From NCBI GenBank assembly GCA_016180805.1, contig JACPAM010000109.1, positions 734 to 64,733 of the forward strand: DNA of 64,000 bases, written 5' to 3'. The DNA is from Deltaproteobacteria bacterium. Its GTDB lineage: Bacteria > Desulfobacterota > Binatia > UBA9968. A program made the position numbers and the translations under genes. Positions 46,186-55,463 of this stretch are shown here, piece after piece. Position 1 is the stretch's first letter; every line of letters begins with the position of its first letter. The notes beneath the pieces are model-generated. The model did no database searches, had not been told where the DNA came from, and saw nothing but the letters and a program-made list of their open reading frames with translations.

Positions 46186-47778
46186 ATGGAAGGAATAGAG
46201 CTTCGTCCGTGGGAAAAGGGGTTTACGCTACCGGAACGCTTCAACATGGTGAGCCTGCTCCTGGAGCGTCACGTGGAGCAGGGCCGCGGCAATCGTATAG
46301 CCATTTACTATGGCGATGAGCGGATCACTTACCAGCAGCTTCATGAACTCACCAACCGAGTAGGCAACGCGCTCGCGGGTCTCGGAGTAGAGCCCGAGCA
46401 GCGAGTCATGCTGCTTCTGACCGACGGCCCTGAGTTCGTGGCAACCTTCCTGGGGGCCATGAAGATCGGGGCGGTGCCAGTGCCGATCAATGTCCTGGCG
46501 ACCCCTTCGGACTTAACGTACTTCCTGAACGACAGCCGCACCAAAGTAGTCGTGACGGCGCAGGAGTTTTTGCCAAAGGTCGCGGCCTCCAGAGGTCAGT
46601 GCCCCTTCTTACGGCACGTTATCGTGGCCGGCGAAGACCCGGGAGAGCATCACTCTTTCCGTCGGCTGGTCGACGCGAGCGCGCCCAAGCTCGACGTTTT
46701 TCCGGCTCACCGCGACGATGCCTCCTACTGGCTGTACAGCTCCGGCACGACCGGGCAGCCCAAGGGTGTAATCCATCTGCACCATGACCTGGTCTATTGT
46801 GTGGAAACTTGGGGCTACCACGTGGTGCGCTTCACTTCGGACGACATCTGCTATTGCGTGCCCCGACTGTTTTTCTCTTACGGTCTCAATACGGCCCTCT
46901 ACCTTCCCTTCTACTATGGGGCTGCCGTGGTGCTTTCGCCTCATCGGCAGGAGCCGGCCGTCGTGCTGGAGAACATTCGTCGTTATCGCCCCACCGCGTT
47001 CTTCTCTGTTCCTACCTCTTATGGCCAGATCCTGCGCGAAATCGAGGACAAGGGTATCGAGGCCGACTTGAGCTCGGTGCGCCATTGCGTCTCCGCCGGG
47101 GAAGCCCTGCCTGCGCCCCTTTACGATCGCTGGCTACGTCGCTTCGGTGTCGAGATCCTCGATGGTTTGGGCTCGACAGAAGTAGGGTGGATCTATGTCT
47201 GCAACATTCCCGGAAAGGTCAGGCGCGGGAGCAGCGGATTGCTCTTGCCAGGCTACGAAGCCAAAATCGTCGATTCGGATGGCCAGGAACTCCCTCCCGG
47301 CGAGGTGGGTGATCTCCTGGTCTCGAGCGACAGTTTGGCTGCAGGCTACTGGAACAAACACGAAAAGAACAAGGAGACTTTTTTCGGCCCATGGATGCGC
47401 ACCGGGGACCGCTACTCGCGTGATGGGGAAGGGTATTTCTTTTACGGGGGTCGCACTGACGATGTGCTCAAGGTTAGCGGGATCTGGGTCTCGCCTCTGG
47501 AAGTCGAGCAGGCGCTGCTCGAGCATGAGGCCGTAGCTGAGTGCGCCGTGATCGGCACCGAGGATGAAATGGGTCTGGTGAAGCCCAGGGCTTTCGTCAC
47601 TCTCCGCTCGGGCTTCCAACCCAGCCCAGAGCTGGCGGCCGGTCTCCAGCAGTCCGTGAAGGAGAGGCTGGCGCCGTATAAATACCCGCGTTGGATTGAT
47701 TTCGTGGACGAGATCCCGAAAACGGTCACGGGCAAGATTCAGCGCTACAGACTGCGCCAATTAGAAAAGCACAAGTAG
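46186..47778 (+). CDS. benzoate-CoA ligase family protein (aryl-CoA ligase / AMP-dependent synthetase)
   Basis: YWLYSSGTTGQPKGVIHLHHD AMP-binding motif, with an overall benzoate/4-hydroxybenzoate-CoA ligase-like profile. Start ATG 46186 (MEGIELRPW) has an SD; the upstream GTG 46159 lies inside the palindrome. Confidence 0.8.
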   Translation: MEGIELRPWEKGFTLPERFNMVSLLLERHVEQGRGNRIAIYYGDERITYQQLHELTNRVGNALAGLGVEPEQRVMLLLTDGPEFVATFLGAMKIGAVPVPINVLATPSDLTYFLNDSRTKVVVTAQEFLPKVAASRGQCPFLRHVIVAGEDPGEHHSFRRLVDASAPKLDVFPAHRDDASYWLYSSGTTGQPKGVIHLHHDLVYCVETWGYHVVRFTSDDICYCVPRLFFSYGLNTALYLPFYYGAAVVLSPHRQEPAVVLENIRRYRPTAFFSVPTSYGQILREIEDKGIEADLSSVRHCVSAGEALPAPLYDRWLRRFGVEILDGLGSTEVGWIYVCNIPGKVRRGSSGLLLPGYEAKIVDSDGQELPPGEVGDLLVSSDSLAAGYWNKHEKNKETFFGPWMRTGDRYSRDGEGYFFYGGRTDDVLKVSGIWVSPLEVEQALLEHEAVAECAVIGTEDEMGLVKPRAFVTLRSGFQPSPELAAGLQQSVKERLAPYKYPRWIDFVDEIPKTVTGKIQRYRLRQLEKHK

Positions 47779-47789
47779 CTCAGCGGTCC

Positions 47790-47897
47790 GCGACCGAGGG
47801 GAGCGCAAGCGAGGCTGCGGACGTCCGATCACAGACGATGCGACTCATGGCACGAACCTATCGGCCGCAACCGAGAGGGCGCTTCCCGAGGGAGCTT
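47790..47897 (+). repeat. structured intergenic repeat family, copy 5 (core only)
   Basis: GCGACCGAGGGGAGCGCAAGCGAGGCTGCGGACGTCCGATCACAGACGATGCGACTCATGGCACGAACCTATCGGCCGCAACCGAGAGGGCGCTTCCCGAGGGAGCTT. Begins 12 nt after the ligase stop. Confidence 0.7.
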
Positions 47898-47964
47898 AGT
47901 CCATCGGCCGCCGCCTGGGTCTGCAAGCACTACCGGACAGCGGAAATACGCGAGCGGAAAGTAA

Positions 47965-48696
47965 ATGGCTGATCCTGTAGACGAGGCCCGGGAAAAGGTC
48001 GCGCTCTCCTGCCGCATCTTGGCCATGGAAGGTTTGGCCGAGGGTATTCTAGGTCACGTCAGCGCCCGAATCCCCGATCGCGATGAAATGTGGATACGGT
48101 GCCGGAGTCAACAGGAACAAGGGGTGCGCTACACAACGGTCGACGCGATCAGGCGGGTAGACTTTAATGGCAAAGGGTCGCTGATGGGAGAACAGTATGA
48201 GGTGCCGAAGGAGCTTGCCATCCATGGGGAGATCTATAAAAAACGCTCTGAGGTGGGTTGTGTGATTCACGCCCATCCCGGAGAGGCTCTTATTTGCGGC
48301 ATCACCGATCTAGAGCTGCGGCCGATCTTTGGCGCCTTCAACATACCGGCCATGCGGCTGGCCCTAGCGGGCGTCCCGGTTTTTCCACGCTCTTTTCTCG
48401 TTACCCGTCCTGAACTGGCGGCTCCCATGATCGATATCATGGGCGAAAAGCAAATCTGTCTGATGAGGGGCCATGGGATCACCGTGACCGGCAAAACCGT
48501 GGAAGAGGCCACGGTGCGCGCTCTGAACTTTAATATCTTGGCTACAACGACATTGCAGGTGGCTCTGACGGGCAGAAAGGCGCCTGACATTTCGCCTGAA
48601 GATATCGCCGAACTGCCTAACTTGGGTTCCACATTTAACGACCTGTGGGTTTGGCGGTACTACGCGAGAAAAGTCGATCAAGTGGATCGTCGCTGA
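47965..48696 (+). CDS. class II aldolase/adducin family protein
   Basis: 243 aa, with a profile typical of the L-fuculose-phosphate-aldolase-like fold. Confidence 0.6.
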   Translation: MADPVDEAREKVALSCRILAMEGLAEGILGHVSARIPDRDEMWIRCRSQQEQGVRYTTVDAIRRVDFNGKGSLMGEQYEVPKELAIHGEIYKKRSEVGCVIHAHPGEALICGITDLELRPIFGAFNIPAMRLALAGVPVFPRSFLVTRPELAAPMIDIMGEKQICLMRGHGITVTGKTVEEATVRALNFNILATTTLQVALTGRKAPDISPEDIAELPNLGSTFNDLWVWRYYARKVDQVDRR

Positions 48697-48790
48697 GGCG
48701 ACCTTACAAGCTGATGACATAAGAGCGGCTTAACGGGCACTTTCACCTATCAGTCAGTCTGCACAGCACCACCGTTAGCGCCCCGAATCG

Positions 48791-49681
48791 ATGTTACGCC
48801 GACTGATAAGAGGGCTGGGCGGTTCCGGACTGCGAGGCGGAACGCGCGGGGTTCTGGAAAACGCGGAGCCGCGCGATTGGCGCAAACATCTTTTCGGGCT
48901 TTCGCCGCAGCGCTGGGCGAGATTGAACGGGAAGGCGTTCTGGATAACCGGGGCGGGCACGGGCTATGGCCGCAGTCTGGCCTGTGCGCTGGCGGCGGCG
49001 GGCGGTACCGTCTTTCTGACCGGACGACGTATCGCCAAACTGGAGGAATCACTGCAGGAGCTGGAACGGGTGTTCCGCGTCAGCCCCGCCAACTGTCACC
49101 TTGTTCCTGCCGATATAACCAAGCAAAAGGATCTGGAGGAAGCCTGCAACTCTGTGATGCAGCGCTGCAGCTCTCTGTGTGGCCTTGTCAACAATGCCGC
49201 AGTACCCGGCCCACCGGGCTGTGCTTGGCCGCTGCGGGAGTGCAGCGCGGAAGACTGGCAGCGGATGATGGATACCAACGTCCGGGCCCCCTGGTTGCTG
49301 ACACGCGGCATCTTTCCTCACCTGCTCCACGGCGCGGAGATCCGCGTCTTGTTCATCACGTCCGAGGCGGGCTGGTCAGGCACGCCGGGCTTTGGCATCT
49401 ACAATGTCTCGAAGGCGGCGCTGAACAGTCTCGCGTTCTCCCTGGCCCAGGAATATGCCGCTGCCAACCCGGGCGCCGACATTCAGATGAACGTCGTATC
49501 GCCCGGGCAGGCAAGAACGGAGATGAACCGCGGCTCCTCCGTCAGCCCGTATTCGATCGTGAGCATCGCGCTGACTCTGTTGTCGCATCCCTCCGGTGGA
49601 CCGAACGGCAGATTTTTTTACCGGGACGGCAGGCCGCTTGAGTTCTGCGACTCAACTGCGTATCCTTATAAGCTGCTTTAG
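48791..49681 (+). CDS. SDR-family oxidoreductase
   Basis: Rossmann TGAGTGYGRSLA, NNAA, catalytic YNVSKAA. Start uncertain. Confidence 0.7.
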   Translation: MLRRLIRGLGGSGLRGGTRGVLENAEPRDWRKHLFGLSPQRWARLNGKAFWITGAGTGYGRSLACALAAAGGTVFLTGRRIAKLEESLQELERVFRVSPANCHLVPADITKQKDLEEACNSVMQRCSSLCGLVNNAAVPGPPGCAWPLRECSAEDWQRMMDTNVRAPWLLTRGIFPHLLHGAEIRVLFITSEAGWSGTPGFGIYNVSKAALNSLAFSLAQEYAAANPGADIQMNVVSPGQARTEMNRGSSVSPYSIVSIALTLLSHPSGGPNGRFFYRDGRPLEFCDSTAYPYKLL

Positions 49682-49760
49682 CCCTTTCCAATGGCCGGGC
49701 TTTGGGACAGTCCCCGCCGGGCTGGAGAATGCCCGGTTAATTGCCGGATAGGGGTGAGTC

Positions 49761-51476
49761 GTGGTGTCTGAGTGCAAACGGCGCGCCAAGGTGATGAAGC
49801 AGTATGTTGTGCGCGCAATGAGATCCGCGGTGGTCTGGAGCGAGCATAATCTCCCGCCGGTCGTGCTCGACTACCTCAGGTCGTCCCGGGTCGCGCTGCC
49901 GCTCCGCAGGCTTCGTCGCGCGGCATACAAGCACACGCATATCTACCCCATACAGCTACCCGCGGTCGCCATCAGGCCGAATCTGGATCTGCTGCTGCTG
50001 GAACCGCCACCGCGTTATATACCCATGATGCCGAACGGCATCGGTTATGTGCATAACATCCTCAGGAAGTGCGGCGTAGCGTTTCAGACCATAGATCTGA
50101 ACATCCTCGTTTATCACTGGTATCACTCCGAGCGTATTCTCGGCGGCAAGCCCATCGTGATATCCAGCGGCTACGTTCTGTCGGATGACCCCTGGGACAA
50201 CACCAATACCCATGAGTGGGAGCGAACCGACGTGGTTGATTACGTCCTGGGCAGGCTTGAGAAGGTCATCCAGGACATCATCCATAAGCGCCCGAAGGCG
50301 GTCGGGATATCCGTGCAGGCGAACAGTCGCCACCTGGCCAACAAACTCATAGAGAGGTTGCGCCGGGACACCCCCGACATGGTCATTTTGGTCGGTGGAT
50401 ATGACTGCAAATACCCCGACATCGGGCCGTACCTGATCCCCGACTTCGATTACATGGCCATCGGAGATACCGAGTTGACGATGGAACCTCTTGTCACCGC
50501 CCTGGCCAGGGGCGAACGGCCGAGGAACCTCCCGGGTTTCCTGTCCCGGTTTGATTCCCCGGATCGCGTGTGGATGCCGACGCCGGAACTCGCCGCGCTC
50601 GATCGCATAGAGTTCCCCCGCTATGAATGGACGGATGCATCACTGTACCGGACTTACAACGGGCAGCATCTGATTCCCATCACTTCCACGCGCGGCTGCT
50701 CGTGGAGCAAATGCCGTTTCTGCGCCGAATGTTTCACGTTCAGGAAACGCACGCCCAAGGATGTGGCCGACGAGATCGAGTTCTGGATGTCGCAGCAGGG
50801 ATTCCCGCCCATATTCCACTTCAATGACAGCGACCTGAACGGCGATCACGAGTATCTGCACGACATATGCTCGGCCGTCATTGAACGCAACCTGAATGCG
50901 AACCTCATGGGGCAACTGCGGATCTCGAAGCGCAATACGGGGGAATATTTTCTCCATCTGCGCAAGGCCGGCTTCCGGCACCTGCGCTTCGGCGTCGATG
51001 CGTGGTCGAAGCATGTTCTCCGCCTTCAGAAGAAAAGCAACAACATGGACCACGTGTTCCAGAATCTGCGCGACTGTCACAATGCCGGCATCCGCACGGC
51101 GGTGAACATCGTGCTCGGCGTGCCCGGCGAAACGGAAGCGGATGTAGATGAAACGATTGGGAACCTGGTCCGCTGCAAGAATTCCATCGATCTGGTGGAA
51201 GGCATCAACACCATCATCCTTGCCGGCGGGAGCGAATATTTCAATTATCCCGACGAGCACAAGATCCGGTTCCGCGGCGACAAGGATGAAATCTACAGAA
51301 AGCACAGGTACGTCATCCCTCCCGATCTGTGGTACAGCGAGGATCCCTATATCGATCAGGAGGTCAGGTTGCGGCGCCTCGACCGTATCTGCACCGAGCT
51401 TTATGACAAGGGCGTCAACATCGGGCCCTTCGCCGCGCGCGTGGTAAGAACGCTGAAGGAAAGCAAGGCCGCCTGA
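49761..51476 (+). CDS. B12-binding-domain radical SAM protein (atypical Cx4Cx2C cluster GCSWSKCRFC)
   Basis: N-terminal cobalamin-binding-like Rossmann segment (VGISVQ...MVILVGGYDCKYP). Radical-SAM core TSTRGCSWSKCRFCAEC with additional glycine-rich SAM-binding elements. Confidence 0.65.
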   Translation: MVSECKRRAKVMKQYVVRAMRSAVVWSEHNLPPVVLDYLRSSRVALPLRRLRRAAYKHTHIYPIQLPAVAIRPNLDLLLLEPPPRYIPMMPNGIGYVHNILRKCGVAFQTIDLNILVYHWYHSERILGGKPIVISSGYVLSDDPWDNTNTHEWERTDVVDYVLGRLEKVIQDIIHKRPKAVGISVQANSRHLANKLIERLRRDTPDMVILVGGYDCKYPDIGPYLIPDFDYMAIGDTELTMEPLVTALARGERPRNLPGFLSRFDSPDRVWMPTPELAALDRIEFPRYEWTDASLYRTYNGQHLIPITSTRGCSWSKCRFCAECFTFRKRTPKDVADEIEFWMSQQGFPPIFHFNDSDLNGDHEYLHDICSAVIERNLNANLMGQLRISKRNTGEYFLHLRKAGFRHLRFGVDAWSKHVLRLQKKSNNMDHVFQNLRDCHNAGIRTAVNIVLGVPGETEADVDETIGNLVRCKNSIDLVEGINTIILAGGSEYFNYPDEHKIRFRGDKDEIYRKHRYVIPPDLWYSEDPYIDQEVRLRRLDRICTELYDKGVNIGPFAARVVRTLKESKAA

Positions 51477-51525
51477 GCGCACGCTCGGCGGCGGACCTGC
51501 AAAGGGAACTTTTTACCATTTCATT

Positions 51526-52491
51526 CTACCGCCTTACGGCGAGCTCCCTGGGAAAGCTTTCGTCGATGAAGTCCGTAACCTTGAACTTTCCTTTGAGCTT
51601 GCCGGCCTCCGATTCCATGAGAAGCTCGAAACCTTTGGTTGGAATCCTCCCGTCGAAGGCAAAGGACTTCATAAACTCTTTGTAGCCTGCCTCCGCATAT
51701 GCGGGACTGATCTTGACGTCATCGGTGAGCACCTTGACCCCGCCGGCTGGATTTGCCTTGAGCCACTCCAGCGCCTTTACGTGAGCCCTGAGGTACCGCA
51801 TCACCTTATCCCGCTCGCCCCTGAGCACTTTAGCCATGGCGTAATAGCCCAGATAGGGCCAGTCCGTGATGATGTCGTTGAGATCCGCGAGCATGCGGTA
51901 GCCCTCCTTGGCGGCAATTAGAGTCACAGGAAACCACATGATAGTCCCATCCACGCCGCCGCTCTTCAATGCCGCGTAACGGGCCGGCGTCGAGCCGATC
52001 TGCAGAACCGTCACGTCCTTCGCGGGATCGAGGCCAAGCTTGGAGACCGCGTAGCGGGTGAGGAAATCCGATTGCGCGCCGAACCGACTGACGGCCAATC
52101 TCTTTCCCTTGAGATCCGCGGCCGACTTAATGTTGGGGTGGACGTAAAGCTTGAAAGGCATGAAGTTCGAAATGCCGAAAAAGAACCGAGCATCTTCGCC
52201 GGCGAGGCGGATCGTAAAAACCTCCGTGCCCGAGCCCAGAGCGATGTCGATCTCGCCTGCCAGCGCCGCCTGTGAATTGATCGTGCCGCTGGTGAAAACG
52301 ATCGGCTCAACGTTAAGACCAACATCTTTGAAATAGCCCTGCCGCTTCGCCACCCAAACGGGCAGGGTCGTAGGAGCCAAAGACGTGAGCCCCACTCGCA
52401 TCCGCTCCTGCGAATAACCTGGCGCGACGGAAAGCAAGAGCACGAGCGCGGGCATAACGATCCACCAATAGATGCCGCGGAAAATTCCCAT
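51526..52491 (-). CDS. ABC transporter substrate-binding protein, NMT1/SsuA-like, orphan
   Basis: 321 aa with signal peptide. Paralogous to 57329..58282. Confidence 0.7.
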   Translation of the reverse strand: MGIFRGIYWWIVMPALVLLLSVAPGYSQERMRVGLTSLAPTTLPVWVAKRQGYFKDVGLNVEPIVFTSGTINSQAALAGEIDIALGSGTEVFTIRLAGEDARFFFGISNFMPFKLYVHPNIKSAADLKGKRLAVSRFGAQSDFLTRYAVSKLGLDPAKDVTVLQIGSTPARYAALKSGGVDGTIMWFPVTLIAAKEGYRMLADLNDIITDWPYLGYYAMAKVLRGERDKVMRYLRAHVKALEWLKANPAGGVKVLTDDVKISPAYAEAGYKEFMKSFAFDGRIPTKGFELLMESEAGKLKGKFKVTDFIDESFPRELAVRR

Positions 52492-52569
52492 GGCATTTCC
52501 CCCTTTCCACAGACGGAGTTTTAACTAATACAAACGACTTAACTCGTGTTACGTTTCCTCAGGGGGCAA

Positions 52570-52745
52570 GCCTTCCGGCCGCAGCCGATAGACTAGGCTC
52601 CCTCGGGAAGCCCGCTCTCGGCTTCGTGCCATGAGTCGTACCGTCTGTAATCGGACGTCCGCAGCCTCGCTCGCGCTCCCCTCGGTCGCGAGCAAGCATG
52701 TCTGCGTCCTTCAGTCTCGCCCCCTTCGGAAGCTGTTGTCGTATC
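52570..52745 (-). repeat. structured intergenic repeat family, copy 6 (reverse orientation)
   Basis: Contains the reverse complement of the GCGACCGAGGGGAGCGCGAGCGAGGCTGCGGACGTCCGATTACAGACGGTACGACTCATGGCACGAA core. Confidence 0.7.
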
Positions 52746-52825
52746 AGAGGAGAAGTTGTAACCATTTTCATTTCGTTTGTATTAGTCCTTCTGGACTGTC
52801 AAACCAAAGCGAGAGGTGTCATCGG

Positions 52826-55132
52826 CTAGGTGCGCCCAGACTTCTTGGCGCGCAGGCCACGCCAAACCTTAGGAGGCGTGAGCGGGAGGTCGTAAAAACG
52901 CACGCCGGTGGCCCTCGCCACGGCGTTGGCGATTGCGGAAGCGACCGGTAAAAGCCCTCCCTCACCCATCCCTTTGGCGCCAAACGGCCCCGGCCCGTTG
53001 GCATTCTCGATCAGAAAGGATTCGAACTCCTGCGGGAGATGGCGGAAGCTCGGCACCCGATAGTCGATCAGGTTGGGATTCAGAGGCTGCCCGTCTTCAT
53101 AGACCATCTCCTCATAGAGAGTATGCCCGATTCCAAACAGGACGCCACCTTCGTCCTGACCTTCACACTGGAGCGGATTGATGGCTTTGCCGACATCCGA
53201 CGCGGAGATATATTTCAGCAGTCGTATTTCTCCGGTCTCAGGGTCGACCTCGACCTCAGCCCCACCCCAACCCACTTCCCAAAAGGTCGTGGGAGAGCCC
53301 AGGACAGCGCTCTTGCTCCGCTTATCCCGGTAGAGCCCTTTCCCGACGATTTCTCCTGCTTTGCTTCCGAAATAATCGGTGATGATCCTGCCGTAGAGCA
53401 CGCCCTTCCCTTTGGAATCGTAGACCTTGCCGCTCTTGAGCTTCAGCCGGCTGACCTTTTCTCCCATAACCTTCGAAGCCGCGCGCACGAGCTGCATCTT
53501 GACGTCCCGGGCTGCCCGCTGTACGGCAAGGCCCATGACCGTCGTGGAGCTGCTCGCGCTGGTCGAGATATCGTAAGGGGTGACATCGGTATCGAGCTGT
53601 GCAACCGCGACTTGATCCAAATCCAAGGCCAACTCCTCAGCGACTACCTGGCTCAACGCGGTCCGGGGACCTTGACCGGCCTCGACGGTCCCTGTCATCA
53701 GAACCGCGCTGCCGTCCGAAGACATTTTCACCGTCGCGCCGGCGATCTTAAACGTTCCCCCTGCATCTTTGATGCAGCAACTCAGACCTTTGCCTGTATG
53801 AGGCTTCGAGGGCTTCTTTTTCCAATCCAGCGCGCGAGCCACCTTGAGCAAACCCTCTTTAAGGTCACAGTCGACCGGCGTGTCCCCCGGCGTGTAGGCC
53901 TCGCCTTTTTTCAGAAGATTGTCGAGCCGTAACTCCAACGGATCGATGCCCAATCGCTCCGCAATCAAATCCATCTGCGACTCGTAGGCCCAGGTCACCT
54001 GGACCGCTCCGAAACCCCGAAAGGCCCCGGCCGGAGCCGTGTTGGTATAAACGCCATGCGCGTCCACCTTGACGCGAGGGATCCGGTAAGGCCCCAAGGC
54101 GCGATAGCCCGCCTTCTGGGTCACGCGCGGACCGGCGTCGGCGTACGCGCCGGTGTCCATGTAGACCTCGCACTCCCTGGCCACAAGCCTGCCATCGCGC
54201 GTCACCCCGGTCTTAATCCGGACGCGCGCCGGATGGCGCGTGATCGTTTTGAAACTCTCGCTCACCGTGAAGGCGAGCTGCACGGGGCGGCGCGCCTTCC
54301 AGGAGAGCGCGGCGGCAATCGGCTCGGTCTTCACGTAGAGCTTGCCCCCATACCCTCCCCCCACGTAAGGCACGATCACCCGGACCCGGCTGGCCGGGAG
54401 CCTGAACATGTTAGCCAGATGATCGCGCAGGGGGAACGGATCCTGGGATGAGGTCCACACGGTCAGGTGATCTTCCTGGAAGTAGGCGACGGTGATGTGA
54501 GGCTCAAGCGAGCAATGCTGCACCTTGGGGAAGCGAAAGGTATCCTCGAAGACGTGGTCAGATTTTTTGAACCCGGCCTCCACGTCGCCCCGGCTGTAGC
54601 CGAAGTAGTAACAGATATTGGTCCCTCTGAAGCGCTCCGGCGCGCCGTAGCGAGATCCGCGCAGCTCCGCCTGCGCCGACTCGGGCTCGTGGATCAACGG
54701 AGCCTCGGGAGCGAGAGCCTCTTCGATGTTGGTTGCCGCTGGAAGCTCTTCGTATTCGACCTCAATGTGCTCTAAGGCTTCCTCTGCCGTGGCCTGGTCC
54801 ACGGCGAGCACGGCGGCAACCGGGTCCCCGACATATCTCACCCTATCGACGGCGACAATCGACTGATCCTTGTAGATGGCGCCGTACCTGTAGTTGAGGC
54901 TGGTGATATCGTCGCGCGTGAGTACGGTAAGGACTCCGGGCAGGCTCGCCGCCCCCCGCGCATCGACTTTGACTACGCGCGCGTGGGGCAGCGGGCTCCG
55001 CAAAATCTTGGCAATGGCCATCCCGGGAAGCTCGATGTCTCCCGTGTAGACGGCCGTTCCCGTGACCTTTTCGATCCCGTCCAGGCGCGCGGCGGAACGA
55101 CCGGCGATTCTAAGGGACTTGCTTTTCTTCAT
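52826..55132 (-). CDS. xanthine dehydrogenase family molybdopterin-binding subunit, second copy, without adjacent FeS/FAD subunits
   Basis: Start ATG 55132 (MKKSKSLRIAGRSAARLDGIEKVTG). About 768 aa with a CoxL-like profile. Confidence 0.8.
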   Translation of the reverse strand: MKKSKSLRIAGRSAARLDGIEKVTGTAVYTGDIELPGMAIAKILRSPLPHARVVKVDARGAASLPGVLTVLTRDDITSLNYRYGAIYKDQSIVAVDRVRYVGDPVAAVLAVDQATAEEALEHIEVEYEELPAATNIEEALAPEAPLIHEPESAQAELRGSRYGAPERFRGTNICYYFGYSRGDVEAGFKKSDHVFEDTFRFPKVQHCSLEPHITVAYFQEDHLTVWTSSQDPFPLRDHLANMFRLPASRVRVIVPYVGGGYGGKLYVKTEPIAAALSWKARRPVQLAFTVSESFKTITRHPARVRIKTGVTRDGRLVARECEVYMDTGAYADAGPRVTQKAGYRALGPYRIPRVKVDAHGVYTNTAPAGAFRGFGAVQVTWAYESQMDLIAERLGIDPLELRLDNLLKKGEAYTPGDTPVDCDLKEGLLKVARALDWKKKPSKPHTGKGLSCCIKDAGGTFKIAGATVKMSSDGSAVLMTGTVEAGQGPRTALSQVVAEELALDLDQVAVAQLDTDVTPYDISTSASSSTTVMGLAVQRAARDVKMQLVRAASKVMGEKVSRLKLKSGKVYDSKGKGVLYGRIITDYFGSKAGEIVGKGLYRDKRSKSAVLGSPTTFWEVGWGGAEVEVDPETGEIRLLKYISASDVGKAINPLQCEGQDEGGVLFGIGHTLYEEMVYEDGQPLNPNLIDYRVPSFRHLPQEFESFLIENANGPGPFGAKGMGEGGLLPVASAIANAVARATGVRFYDLPLTPPKVWRGLRAKKSGRT

Positions 55133-55410
55133 CTTGTTTGTGGCACACGCGAGCACTCCAGGTGCCATTTCTGGAAGTTACAGGACTGAGTAACGAGTGC
55201 TGAGGACTGAGCCTTCTTACTTGGCCCTCAGTCCTCATCGCTCAGTCCTATTTTTATTTGCGAATTTTCGGACTGTCTTTTTCCGGAAAATACAGATCGC
55301 AGAAGGGACAGTGAAAATCCATGCCGGATCCCAACATGTGGGGGTTGACGACAAAAATCTTTCTGCACTTTGGACAACTGACTTCTACGGCTTGACCCAT
55401 GGATTACTTC

Positions 55411-55463
55411 CTCTCACCCTCTCCCTACCCTCTCCCTGTGAGGGAGAGGGCAAGGGTGAGGGT
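55411..55463 (+). repeat. REP-like GC-rich palindromic element, copy 2 (CCCTCTCCC-tgtg-AGGGAGAGGG + CAAGGGTGAGGG), immediately 3-prime of UbiD paralog 3
   Basis: Same hairpin and GGGTGAGGG tail as the 1981-2014 element, in the same orientation. Abuts the TAA stop of the 55463..56911 gene. Confidence 0.6.

Noticed and set aside
55187-55252. Hairpin TGAGGACTGAG...CTCAGTCCTCA followed by TTTTTATTTG as a rho-independent terminator
   Set aside because: Both neighbouring genes are on the minus strand, where the A/T tract precedes the stem rather than following it. More likely another REP-like palindrome, so not called a terminator.
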